This document shows, one piece after another, positions 28,593 to 37,061 of a stretch of DNA of 64,000 nt (position 1 is the stretch's first letter; the number at the start of each line of letters is the position of its first letter). Where the stretch lies: assembly GCA_022825725.1 (NCBI GenBank), contig JAJDWE010000055.1, positions 28,919 to 92,918 of the forward strand, given 5' to 3'. Origin of the DNA: Gemmatimonadota bacterium. Its GTDB lineage: Bacteria; Gemmatimonadota; Gemmatimonadetes; Palauibacterales; Palauibacteraceae. The notes beneath the pieces were generated by a model. The model was not told the DNA's origin. It saw only the letters and a list, made by a program, of their open reading frames with translations, and did no database searches. A program made the position numbers and the translations under genes.

Positions 28593-28766
28593 GTCTCAAA
28601 GGTAGTTGGGGGATCACCGTTCCGCTAAGTTGCGAAGAGGGTTGCGGGCCGATGGCGGGTCGAGTGACCGCAAAGCCGTAGAGGTCGTCTTATTCACGAA
28701 GAGAAGATCTTTCGGATCGGGCCGGAGGGTCGGGTTCCGGACGATGAACCGAGCGACGCGGATGTC

Positions 28767-29282
28767 GTGACCGCCGTAATCGAAGGCGATCGCGAGGCGT
28801 ACGGGGTTCTCGTGCGCCGGTACAAGGACGTGCTGTACCGCTACGCGGAGCGCATGACCGGGCGCGCGGACGACGCCGCGGATATCGTGCAGCGCACGTT
28901 CATTCGCGGCTTTCGGAGCCTCGACCGCTGCCGCGACCGGGAACGGGTGGGAGGCTGGTTGTTTCGAATCGCCGTCAACCTGTGCAAGGATCAGTTGAAG
29001 GGGCGGGCACGGCGGGAGGTGTCGCTGGAGGCGGCCGGCCCGCTGACGGCGACGCGGGGTCTTCCCGAGGCGCGCGCCGAACGGGCGGAAATACGGGAAC
29101 AGATATACCGGGCCTTGCAGTCGCTGAGCGAAGAACAGCGTGAAGCTTTCGTCCTCAAGCACGTCGAGGGCTGGTCGTACGAAGAGATGGCTGAGAGACT
29201 TGGAGCGTCGGTGTCCGCGTTGAAGATGCGCGTCCATCGGGCTCGGGATCAGTTACAGGTGCTGTTAGAGAACTACCGATGA
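28767..29282 (+). CDS. ECF RNA polymerase sigma-70 factor (GTG start)
   Basis: Region 2 (YGVLVRRYKDVLYRYAERMTGRADDAADIVQRTFIRGFRSL) and region 4 (EEQREAFVLKHVEGWSYEEMAERLGASVSALKMRVHRARDQL). The stop overlaps the downstream anti-sigma start (ATGA at 29279-29282). Confidence 0.8.
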   Translation: MTAVIEGDREAYGVLVRRYKDVLYRYAERMTGRADDAADIVQRTFIRGFRSLDRCRDRERVGGWLFRIAVNLCKDQLKGRARREVSLEAAGPLTATRGLPEARAERAEIREQIYRALQSLSEEQREAFVLKHVEGWSYEEMAERLGASVSALKMRVHRARDQLQVLLENYR

Positions 29283-29920
29283 ACGACGATCTGAAGCTGT
29301 ACCTGGATGGAGAAATCGACCGTTCGGAGCTCTCGCGGGAGTTTCGCAGGGAAGCCGAGCGGTGGGATGCCCTCCTTTCGGACGTGCGGGATTCGGGGGT
29401 GCAGGGAGCTCCGGTCGGACTCGAGTCGAGGGTCATGGCCGAGGTTCGCCAGGAGAGGCGCCGGCCCTTGCCGAGTCTCGTGGACTGGTGGGTGCATCCC
29501 CGCTCCGTGCGCGTCCGGCCGTGGCTGGGACTCGCGGCTGCCGCCGTGCTTGCAACGTTCTTCCTCTTGCCGCGGGAGAACGTATACACCGAGCCGGCGG
29601 GGGCGGCGACGGCGCTCGTGGGTGAAGAAGTCCACTACGTGCAGTTCCGTTTCGAGGCGCCCGGCGCGGCGTCGGTCCACGTTGCGGGCGACTTCAACGA
29701 CTGGCAGCCGGAGGTCGCCCTGGCCGATCCCTACGGGACCGGCGTGTGGACCGGTCGGGTGAAGCTCCCGCCCGGCGTGCACAAGTACATGTTCCTCGTG
29801 GACGGCGAGACCTGGATCACGGATCCGCACGCGGAACGTTATGTGGAGGACGGTTACGGCAACCAGAATGCCGTGATCGCCATCACGGGCGGCGCGGGCG
29901 CCCGCTCGCTGGCCCCCTAG
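29279..29920 (+). CDS. anti-sigma factor with a C-terminal CBM48 / AMPK-β glycogen-binding-like module
   Basis: The N-terminal anti-sigma helix region (MNDDLKLYLDGEIDRSELSREFRREAERW) is translationally coupled to the sigma gene. Single TM (WLGLAAAAVLATFFLL). The C-terminus VHYVQFRFEAPGAASVHVAGDFNDWQPEVAL...GVWTGRVKLPPGVHKYMFLVDGETWITDPHA matches the AMPK1_CBM/CBM48 β-sandwich consensus. Confidence 0.7.
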   Translation: MNDDLKLYLDGEIDRSELSREFRREAERWDALLSDVRDSGVQGAPVGLESRVMAEVRQERRRPLPSLVDWWVHPRSVRVRPWLGLAAAAVLATFFLLPRENVYTEPAGAATALVGEEVHYVQFRFEAPGAASVHVAGDFNDWQPEVALADPYGTGVWTGRVKLPPGVHKYMFLVDGETWITDPHAERYVEDGYGNQNAVIAITGGAGARSLAP

Positions 29921-29936
29921 CCAGAGCAGGCAGCCC

Positions 29937-30674
29937 GTGGCAAAAGCCCTGTGGCGCCGTTCTCCCGCGGCCGTGTGCCTCGGCGCCATCCTGCTCGGGC
30001 TCGCGATGCCGCTTGCGGGTCAGGACACGCGCGCGCGCTTCAGCCGTCATCTGGGCGCGGTCTACGCGGCGCGTACCCTTTCCGTCATAGAGGCGGGTGT
30101 GCAGGACGGTCTGCCCCGAGGTCTCCTGATCGACAAGGCCATGGAGGGCGTGGCGAAGGGGATGTCTCCGGAGGTCGTCCTCGCCGCGGTCGACACCTTC
30201 GCCGCGGAGTTGCGGGATGCGGCGTCCGTCGTCGGTCCGGGGGCGGCGCCGATCGCGCTCGAGAAAGCCGCGGATGCCCTTCGCCGCGGCGTGGGGCGCG
30301 AGCTTCTGATGCGGCTGGGACGTGATCGCGCCGATTTTGCTCTCCTGGTCGTCTCCCTCGAGGAGTTGCTGGACGCCGGCGTGGAAAGGGGTCTGGCCGA
30401 AGATCTCCTGCGCTACGCGGTGGCCGAGGAGTTCGACAGCGACGCGGTCCTCCGACTGCCCGCCAGCGTGAAACTGCTCATTCGGGAGTGCGGCGATGGT
30501 CAGCCCGACTCCTGCTGGTCGCAGGCGAGCATGAGGGAGTGCGCCCGCGTGATGCCGACGCGGCCGTGTCCGACTCGAACGCTTGCGGATGCGGCCCGCT
30601 CGGCCGCGGCGCGGCTCCTGCTCGCCCGTTCCCCGCCTCCCCGCAGCCTGCGGACGTCTGCGACACCGGGCTAG
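29937..30674 (+). CDS. hypothetical secreted protein, third gene of the sigma/anti-sigma operon
   Basis: Signal peptide (AAVCLGAILLGLAMPLAG), an Ala/Leu-rich helical body and a low-complexity C-terminus. It starts 17 nt after the anti-sigma stop. Confidence 0.45.
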   Translation: MAKALWRRSPAAVCLGAILLGLAMPLAGQDTRARFSRHLGAVYAARTLSVIEAGVQDGLPRGLLIDKAMEGVAKGMSPEVVLAAVDTFAAELRDAASVVGPGAAPIALEKAADALRRGVGRELLMRLGRDRADFALLVVSLEELLDAGVERGLAEDLLRYAVAEEFDSDAVLRLPASVKLLIRECGDGQPDSCWSQASMRECARVMPTRPCPTRTLADAARSAAARLLLARSPPPRSLRTSATPG

Positions 30675-30789
30675 CACCCTTCCCGGTCTCTGCCGTATAC
30701 TCTCGGACTTTCCGGCGGCCGAGCCCGCCGACGCAGGGTTTTGCCATGGGCGCTGGCCCACGGATCTCACCCGCGGATCTTGCCCACGG

Positions 30790-31872
30790 ATGATGGAGAG
30801 GGCCTTGGCAGCCAGAGTGACCGCGGCGGTCACGGGTACCGGGAGCTACCTGCCGCCGGACAGCATCGACAACTTCCAGCTTCTCGGCATGGGCACGCTG
30901 CGCGAGTCGTTCGATGTCGGGCAGGCGCGGTCCGCGCTCAGGGGTGTCGAGGGTGCCAACGGGCTGTCGGCCCCCGAGGTCTTCGATCAGTGGGCGTACC
31001 AGTTGACCGGCATCCGGTCGCGCCGGCGGATCCCGCCGGAGAGCGACCTGACGACGGAGGACATGTGTGCCCGGGCGGGGCTCGCCGCGCTGGAGGCGGC
31101 CGGACGCGAGCCGGACGAGATCGATCAGCTCTACGTCGCGACCGTGTCGCCCTCCGACGAAGTTCCGAACAGTGCCTGTACCGTGGCGACGAAGATCGGG
31201 AATCCACGATTGGGAGGATTCGCGATCAACGCGGCGTGCGCCGGCTTCGTGTACGGCGTGGGGGCGGCCTGGTCGGCGATCGTCAGCGGTATGGCGGAGC
31301 GGGTCCTGGTGGTTTCGGGCGACGCCCTCACGCGGCTCGTGGACTACACGGACGTGCGGACGGCCGTGCTCTTCGGCGACGGCGCCGGGGCGGTCGTGCT
31401 GGAGCGGAGCGAAACGGACCACGGCGTGCTCGGCCCAATGGTGGCGTCCGGCTGGTTCGCGCGCGACCCGCTGTACCTCGTCGGGCAGAGCTGGCGGGAC
31501 GATCGGGACCGGATCCCCATTCTCCACATGGAAGGCGGGCCGAGGATCGTCCGCAACGCGATCGTCAAGATGGCCGAAGTGGGCGATCAGGCGCTTCAAA
31601 AGGCGGGTCTCGACTGGTCCCACGTGGATTTCGTGATTCCTCACCAGGCGAACGCGCGGATCACGCAGGGCCTCGAGCAGAGGCTGGAACTCCCGAAAGG
31701 GCGCGTCGTCCACAACATCGTCGACTACGGCAACATGTCCGCCTCGACCGTCGCCGTGACGCTCGATGAGGTTGTCCGCGGAAAGCACGGACCCGTGCCG
31801 GATCCGGCCACGATCGTGCTCACCTCTATCGGCGGCGGCTACACGATGGCGGCGGCGGTCGTCCGCATCTGA
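30790..31872 (+). CDS. fabH: 3-oxoacyl-[ACP] synthase III (KAS III, FabH-like)
   Basis: Active-site Cys region (FAINAACAGFVYGV), His region (DFVIPHQANARI) and Asn region (HNIVDYGNMSASTVAV). The ATG at 30790 was verified. 360 aa. Confidence 0.8.
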   Translation: MMERALAARVTAAVTGTGSYLPPDSIDNFQLLGMGTLRESFDVGQARSALRGVEGANGLSAPEVFDQWAYQLTGIRSRRRIPPESDLTTEDMCARAGLAALEAAGREPDEIDQLYVATVSPSDEVPNSACTVATKIGNPRLGGFAINAACAGFVYGVGAAWSAIVSGMAERVLVVSGDALTRLVDYTDVRTAVLFGDGAGAVVLERSETDHGVLGPMVASGWFARDPLYLVGQSWRDDRDRIPILHMEGGPRIVRNAIVKMAEVGDQALQKAGLDWSHVDFVIPHQANARITQGLEQRLELPKGRVVHNIVDYGNMSASTVAVTLDEVVRGKHGPVPDPATIVLTSIGGGYTMAAAVVRI

Positions 31873-31911
31873 TTCGACGGGCGGTCCGGCCGTCCGTGTC
31901 AGAACCCCGCG

Positions 31912-33162
31912 TCAGGCGGGACTCGCCCACTCCCTGAGCGGAATCACGTCGACGCGGTCCCCGGCGCCGATGGCGTCGGTCCCGACGGGGATCGCGAGGA
32001 GCCCGTCGGCCAGCATGGACCCCAGGTTGCCCGAACCCTGCGGACCGCTCAGGCGAGCCGTGAGGACGCCGGACTCGGCTGATCCGATGAGCACGCGCAC
32101 GAACGAGAGCACGTCCCGGAGCCCGCGCAGGTCGTGTGCCGCGACGCACTGCAGCGGTCGCCGGCAGGGGCGCGCGAACCCCGCCATCTTGCGGATCGCC
32201 GGCCTTACGAGCGTTTCGTACGTGACGAGCGCCGAGGCCGGATTACCCGGGACCCCCCAGAACGGCCGGCCGCCGAGCAGGCCGAAGACGGCGGCGCTGC
32301 CGGGGCGCATCCGCAGGCGCCAGAAGGAGCGCTCGAAGCCGAGTTCGTCGAGCACCTGCTTCACATAGTCGTGTTCGCCGACGCTCACGCCGGCCGCGGA
32401 GACGATCGCGTCGCAGGCTCCGGCCCGCGCGAGACAACGGTGCAGGTCGTCGGGATCGTCCCGGGCGATGCCGAGCGGCACCGGTTCCGCCCCGGAATCC
32501 GCGATCTGGGCAGCCAGCGCGTGCCCGTTCGAGTTCATGATCTTCCGCCCGGCCCGCACCTCGTCGAATTCATCGAAATCCGCGAGTTCGTCTCCGTTCG
32601 CAAGCACGCCGACGCGGGGTCGCCGGCCCACATCGACCTGGTCGAGGCCGGCCGACGCGAGCAGCGCCACCGCCGCCGCCCCAAGTTCCTCCCCACGCTC
32701 CACCACCGTGTCGCCCGCCTTGACATCCTCCCCGAGGAAACGGATGTGCCGCTCCCCGTCCGCATCGTCGAATATGCTCACGCGCCCGTCCGGGCCTCCG
32801 TCCGTGTGCTCCACGCGGACGACGCCCGTGGCGCCCTCCGGCACCGGCGCCCCCGTCATCACGCGCGCCACGGAGCCGGGCTCCAGCGGCCCGCTCGGAA
32901 AGGAGCCGGCCGGGATGTCGTCGGAGATCGGAAGGACCACGGGCCGTTCCAGGCTCGCGCCGCGAACCTCGTCGATCCGCACCGCGAATCCGTCCATGGC
33001 GCTGTTGTCCCAGGGCGGGTGCGGGGCGACGGCTTTCGCCTCGCGTGCGAGGGAGCGGCCGAGGGCGGAGGAGAGCGGAACGCGCTCCGTCTCCAGCGGC
33101 GACACGGCGTCGAGCACGAGAGCGAGCGCCTCGTCGAAGGAGATCCAGTCCGCGTCGTTCAT
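31912..33162 (-). CDS. moeA: molybdopterin molybdotransferase MoeA
   Basis: MoeA N and linker domains (PPWDNSAMDGFAV), a MoCF-biosynthesis domain (GVLANGDEL... GGVSVGEHDYV) and a C-terminal β-barrel. 416 aa. Confidence 0.85.
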   Translation of the reverse strand: MNDADWISFDEALALVLDAVSPLETERVPLSSALGRSLAREAKAVAPHPPWDNSAMDGFAVRIDEVRGASLERPVVLPISDDIPAGSFPSGPLEPGSVARVMTGAPVPEGATGVVRVEHTDGGPDGRVSIFDDADGERHIRFLGEDVKAGDTVVERGEELGAAAVALLASAGLDQVDVGRRPRVGVLANGDELADFDEFDEVRAGRKIMNSNGHALAAQIADSGAEPVPLGIARDDPDDLHRCLARAGACDAIVSAAGVSVGEHDYVKQVLDELGFERSFWRLRMRPGSAAVFGLLGGRPFWGVPGNPASALVTYETLVRPAIRKMAGFARPCRRPLQCVAAHDLRGLRDVLSFVRVLIGSAESGVLTARLSGPQGSGNLGSMLADGLLAIPVGTDAIGAGDRVDVIPLREWASPA

Positions 33163-33194
33163 GTCTCACCGCCGAGGGGATTCGCCACCGGAAG

Positions 33195-33917
33195 CTAGAA
33201 ATAATACCAGATGGAGATGCTGAACTCCGGGTTGTGACCCCACACGGAACCCTGCGGCGCCGGCGCTCCGGAGGCCTCGAACAGGTCCAGCGTGGTCCCG
33301 AAGAGGAATCCATCCGGCGACGTCACGCGGACCAGGTAGTCGCGGATCTCGAAGCCGATCCCGATCGTCTCCGACGGAAAGATCTCGAACCCCAGCCCCA
33401 CGAAGATGTGCGGCGCGGTGGAGATGTCGTACCGGTAGGGTTCGAGCGCCTGGTCGGCGAGGAACTCGGAGGCGCCCTCGTCGACCCCGAACACGAAGCC
33501 GCCGCCGATGAGCCCGTAGGGGTGGATCCCGTTCCACGTCCGCGCTCCGGTGAGGCCGATCTGCGCGCCGACGTCGGCCCGCAGCCAGCCTGCGGCGACG
33601 GTGTCGACGACCATCGGTCCGGCCGGGTCGAGGACGTCCAGCGTCCATCGGTCCGCCGCCCCGTACGTGGCGCCAAGCTCGAGGGAAAGGGGACTCGATG
33701 CCCGGACGCGCATTCTGGCGCCCGCCACGTTGGTGGGTCCCTGCGCGAACTCGAGCCGCCCCCGGTTCCCCGCGTGGTGGCCCCCGAAGAGGCCGACGCG
33801 GAAGCCTCGCTCGCGCCAGCGGAAGGGGGAGTCGATGCGTTCGGCCTGCGCCTCGAGCGTCGCCGGGGCTGCGGCGAGCAGGGCGAGTCCGACGACGAGG
33901 ATCAGTCTGTTTGACAC
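33195..33917 (-). CDS. outer-membrane β-barrel protein (porin-family/OmpA-like barrel). Probable GTG start.
   Basis: Signal peptide SNRLILVVGLALLAAAPATLEAQA, then alternating amphipathic β-strands ending in an aromatic C-terminal ...FSISIWYYF. The annotated 413-aa ORF has an Arg/Ser-rich N-terminus that is not credible; the GTG at 33917 is the first plausible start. Confidence 0.55.
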   Translation of the reverse strand: MSNRLILVVGLALLAAAPATLEAQAERIDSPFRWRERGFRVGLFGGHHAGNRGRLEFAQGPTNVAGARMRVRASSPLSLELGATYGAADRWTLDVLDPAGPMVVDTVAAGWLRADVGAQIGLTGARTWNGIHPYGLIGGGFVFGVDEGASEFLADQALEPYRYDISTAPHIFVGLGFEIFPSETIGIGFEIRDYLVRVTSPDGFLFGTTLDLFEASGAPAPQGSVWGHNPEFSISIWYYF

Positions 33918-34017
33918 TGGGTTGACGCGGATTCCATATCTTGGATGAATCGGATCTCGAACGGAAACGGCCCCAGCACGCGAGTCTCGCGACGGGGTCG
34001 CGGCGCGAGGAATGTAG

Positions 34018-34824
34018 GTGGAGGACCGGGTCCTAACCAGAAAAACGTCTCGTCGCCGTCGCCTGCGACGCCGGCTTCTCCTGCCGGCCGTCCTGGTGTG
34101 TGCGTACCCGCCGCTCCCCGCTGCCGCACAGGTGCGCGAAATCGTCATCGACGGCGAGGCCTTCCGGAGGACGGCGGACGGCCGCCGGCTGGCCGAACTC
34201 GCGCTGCGCACGCCGGTTATCCTCAAGCGTACGGAAGGGATCTGGGCGGAGGTGGAGATCGAGGGTTGGGTCCCGTCCGGCTCGGTTGCGCCATCCACCC
34301 GCGAGGGCCGCAACGGCGTCATCGCCAGCCGGGGAGGCGAACGTCTCAGGTCCGAACCCGCCGGGTCCGTGACCGGACTGCTCCTCGAGGGCTTCCTCGT
34401 CGATCGGCTTGAGGAACGGGGGGACTGGAGCCGCATTCGCCGCTCGGGCTGGGTACGCGAGGCCGCGCTCGGGGCGAGCGACGCCGCCGGTGGTGAAGCC
34501 GGCGTCCTGGCCGGCGTCTCGGCCGCGGATCTGCGCGCGAACCCGGATGACCATGCCGGCGCGACCCTCCGCTGGACCGTCCGGTTCTTGTCGCTGGAAC
34601 GGGCCGAACCGGAACGGATCGACTTCTACGAGGGGGAGCCCTTCCTGCTCGCGCGGGCCCCCGACCCCGGGGACGGCCTGGTCTACATCGCCGTCCCTCC
34701 CGACTTGGTGGCCGCGGCCGAAAAACTCCGGCCCCTCCAGACCCTCGACGTGCTCGTGAAGGTCCGGACGGGCCGGTCGGCGCTACTGAGGGTCCCGATC
34801 CTGGACCTGCTCGAACTCTACTGA
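34018..34824 (+). CDS. hypothetical secreted protein
   Basis: Arg-rich n-region plus a hydrophobic stretch (LLLPAVLVCAYPPLPAAAQ), then SH3b-like repeats (GIWAEVEIEGWV..., GDWSRIRRSGWVRE). Confidence 0.45.
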   Translation: MEDRVLTRKTSRRRRLRRRLLLPAVLVCAYPPLPAAAQVREIVIDGEAFRRTADGRRLAELALRTPVILKRTEGIWAEVEIEGWVPSGSVAPSTREGRNGVIASRGGERLRSEPAGSVTGLLLEGFLVDRLEERGDWSRIRRSGWVREAALGASDAAGGEAGVLAGVSAADLRANPDDHAGATLRWTVRFLSLERAEPERIDFYEGEPFLLARAPDPGDGLVYIAVPPDLVAAAEKLRPLQTLDVLVKVRTGRSALLRVPILDLLELY

Positions 34825-34873
34825 GCCGATTCCGGTCCGGGACCCTCCGCGGGGCCGGGCAGGCGGAGAGCCG

Positions 34874-36481
34874 CTAACGGTTCCCCTGGTTCCCCTCGCT
34901 CTCGGCCTCGTTCAGGAAGGCCTCGGCCTCCATCAAGCCGGCGTGCGCAAGGCCGCTCCAGAGGTTGGCGACCTTCGCGTAGGCCTCGGCGGCGAGCACC
35001 GCGTCGCCGTTGGCGGCGTGCGCCCGGGCCAGGCCGAGGAGCGAACGCGGCCGGTTCGGCATCCGCAGCAGCGACGTCTCGAACTTCTCGACCGCCTTGT
35101 CGGGCATCCCGAGTTCGAGCAGCAGTTCGCCGTAGAGTTCGTGGAGGGGCTTGACCGGGCTCGCGGAGCCGCGAGGCGGCGCCATGCTCATGACCTCCGC
35201 CTCGGCCTCGTCCATGAGACCGGTCGCCACGTCGGGATGGCCCATCGCGGCGTGCCGGAGCGCCCCGACCTGCTTGTGCATGACGTGCGTGTAGCCCTCG
35301 CCGTCCGACAGTTCCTTCAGGGCGGCCTCTGCCTCGGTCACGATCGCCTGGTCGCCCATGCGGTGGGCGCTGAGTCCCGTGGCGAGGAGTTCGTGCGCCG
35401 GGGAGTCTTCGGTGATCGGCTGGGTCTCCCACTGCTCGGTCTCGACGATGTAGCGCGCCTTGAGGAGCGAGACCGCGTTCTGCGCCCGCGCGATGCCGGC
35501 CGCGCCGCGTGCCCCGCCCGTCGTCGCGAAGCCCTCGTTGTCGACCATGTCCGCGAGCCGGTCCATCCATAGCCGCGCCTTGTCGTAGTCGCCGCGCTGG
35601 AGGTCGCCGTACTGGCCCCAGTCGAGCGAGTGCACCGCGTCGCCCACCGCGTCGCCGGGCTGCCACAGCTCCTGCGCCACGTCGTAGGCCGACTGGTTGT
35701 TGCCGGACACGCGTTCCCACATCCCGTGCTGGATGAAGATGTGCGTCGGCATGTGCCGTGCATGGGAAACCGCCGGCGCGATGTCCGCGAAGGCGTACGC
35801 CGCGTCCAGGGCGAGCGGCGCCATGATCGGATTGTCGAACGAGTGGATCGTGTAGTGCGCCGCGCCCGGGTGCAGCGGGTTGGCGTTGAACAGCCGGAGC
35901 GCGATCGCGCCCGCCATCACGTTCCAGCGCTGGCTCAGGTCGCGCGTCGCCGCCGTCGCGCTGAGGAGGGACAGCGCGTAGAAGGCCGCGATCTCCGGGT
36001 CATCCGGATAGGCCTCGTACAGGTCACGCATCGCCTCCATGTACCCCACGCGCCGGTCGACGTGATCCTTTTCGCTCCACAGGATCTCGACCGCCTTGAT
36101 GAAGCCCTTCTCCCGATCCGTCGGCGCCTTCGCGAGCCGCTCGGCCGGTGTCGCGCCCAGCCTCTGGAGCGCCTCGCGCGGCTCGGTCGGATCCATCTGG
36201 GACACGAGCGGGTGATTGTAGGCGAGCGACTCGCCCCAGTAGGCCATCGCGAAGTCCGGGTCCAGTTCCTGTGCCGCGTGGAACTGCTCGCGCGCCTGCT
36301 TCCAGCCGAAGCTGTGCAGGATCGCCACGCCCCGGAGGAAGCGCTCCTGCGCCTCGCCCGTCGCGGAGGTCGGGAAGGTGATCGATCCGACCTCATCGAA
36401 CTGTGCCTCGACCTGCGCGGGAACCGCCGACAGCATCGCGCCGAGGAGGAACGCCGGAAGCATCATGGACCATCTTTTCAT
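34874..36481 (-). CDS. secreted tetratricopeptide-repeat protein
   Basis: Signal peptide MKRWSMMLPAFLLGAMLSAVPAQVEAQ, with many TPR-like helical pairs throughout its 535 aa. Confidence 0.65.
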   Translation of the reverse strand: MKRWSMMLPAFLLGAMLSAVPAQVEAQFDEVGSITFPTSATGEAQERFLRGVAILHSFGWKQAREQFHAAQELDPDFAMAYWGESLAYNHPLVSQMDPTEPREALQRLGATPAERLAKAPTDREKGFIKAVEILWSEKDHVDRRVGYMEAMRDLYEAYPDDPEIAAFYALSLLSATAATRDLSQRWNVMAGAIALRLFNANPLHPGAAHYTIHSFDNPIMAPLALDAAYAFADIAPAVSHARHMPTHIFIQHGMWERVSGNNQSAYDVAQELWQPGDAVGDAVHSLDWGQYGDLQRGDYDKARLWMDRLADMVDNEGFATTGGARGAAGIARAQNAVSLLKARYIVETEQWETQPITEDSPAHELLATGLSAHRMGDQAIVTEAEAALKELSDGEGYTHVMHKQVGALRHAAMGHPDVATGLMDEAEAEVMSMAPPRGSASPVKPLHELYGELLLELGMPDKAVEKFETSLLRMPNRPRSLLGLARAHAANGDAVLAAEAYAKVANLWSGLAHAGLMEAEAFLNEAESEGNQGNR

Positions 36482-36604
36482 CGTACTATCCCTCTCAGGA
36501 AAGAAACGCCGGCCTGTTTCGTCCGGTGCTGCACTGAAATCACGGTGTCAAAACCGGAAGCGGGCGGCAAGGCGTGATGCCGCGGCGCGGCGTCGCCCGC
36601 CGCC

Positions 36605-37018
36605 TCACGCGTCCGGAAGTTCGTAGTCGATCGTCAGCGTGTGCGCTCCGTCGCCGTCCACGGCGATCTCGACGGAACCCGTCAGTCCCTTCAGATCGCC
36701 GGTCGCCGACCCCGGCACGATCTGTCCGCCCGTCTGTTCGCGGCCGCTCGCGCTCAACCCCCAGTGCTGCATGACGAACGTCCCCTCCCGTCCGCCGAGC
36801 GCTCCCCGCACGACCTCGCGAGCGATGTAGCCCGCTCCGGCGGTGATGTCCGCCACATCCGCCTGACACATGAGGAGCCGGGCCTCGCTCTCCGCCACGA
36901 GGTCCCCGCCGAACCGCTTCAGGACGGTGGCGTGCGAGAGGGTCGGCCCCCCGTTGCCGGACTCGGGTTCGCCCTGGTCCCAGCCGGTGACCTCGAAAGA
37001 GGCGACCGCGCGCGCCAT
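36605..37018 (-). CDS. DUF3224-family protein
   Basis: MARAVASFEVTGWDQGEPESGNGGPTLSHATVLKRFGGDL...GTFVMQHWGLSASGREQTGGQIVPGSATGDLKGLTGSVEIAV matches my memory of the DUF3224 fold. The ATG at 37018 was verified; the upstream part of the annotated ORF overlaps the neighbouring gene. Confidence 0.55.
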   Translation of the reverse strand: MARAVASFEVTGWDQGEPESGNGGPTLSHATVLKRFGGDLVAESEARLLMCQADVADITAGAGYIAREVVRGALGGREGTFVMQHWGLSASGREQTGGQIVPGSATGDLKGLTGSVEIAVDGDGAHTLTIDYELPDA

Positions 37019-37061
37019 GCCGGACTTCTCTGTCGCCGTCCCTGTTGCCGCCGGGCTCTCG

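Noticed and set aside
36482-36604. TTGACA hexamer and GC hairpins between the DUF3224 and TPR genes, considered as promoter/terminator
   Set aside because: No acceptable -10 element at 16-18 nt spacing, and the hairpins are imperfect. Left uncalled.
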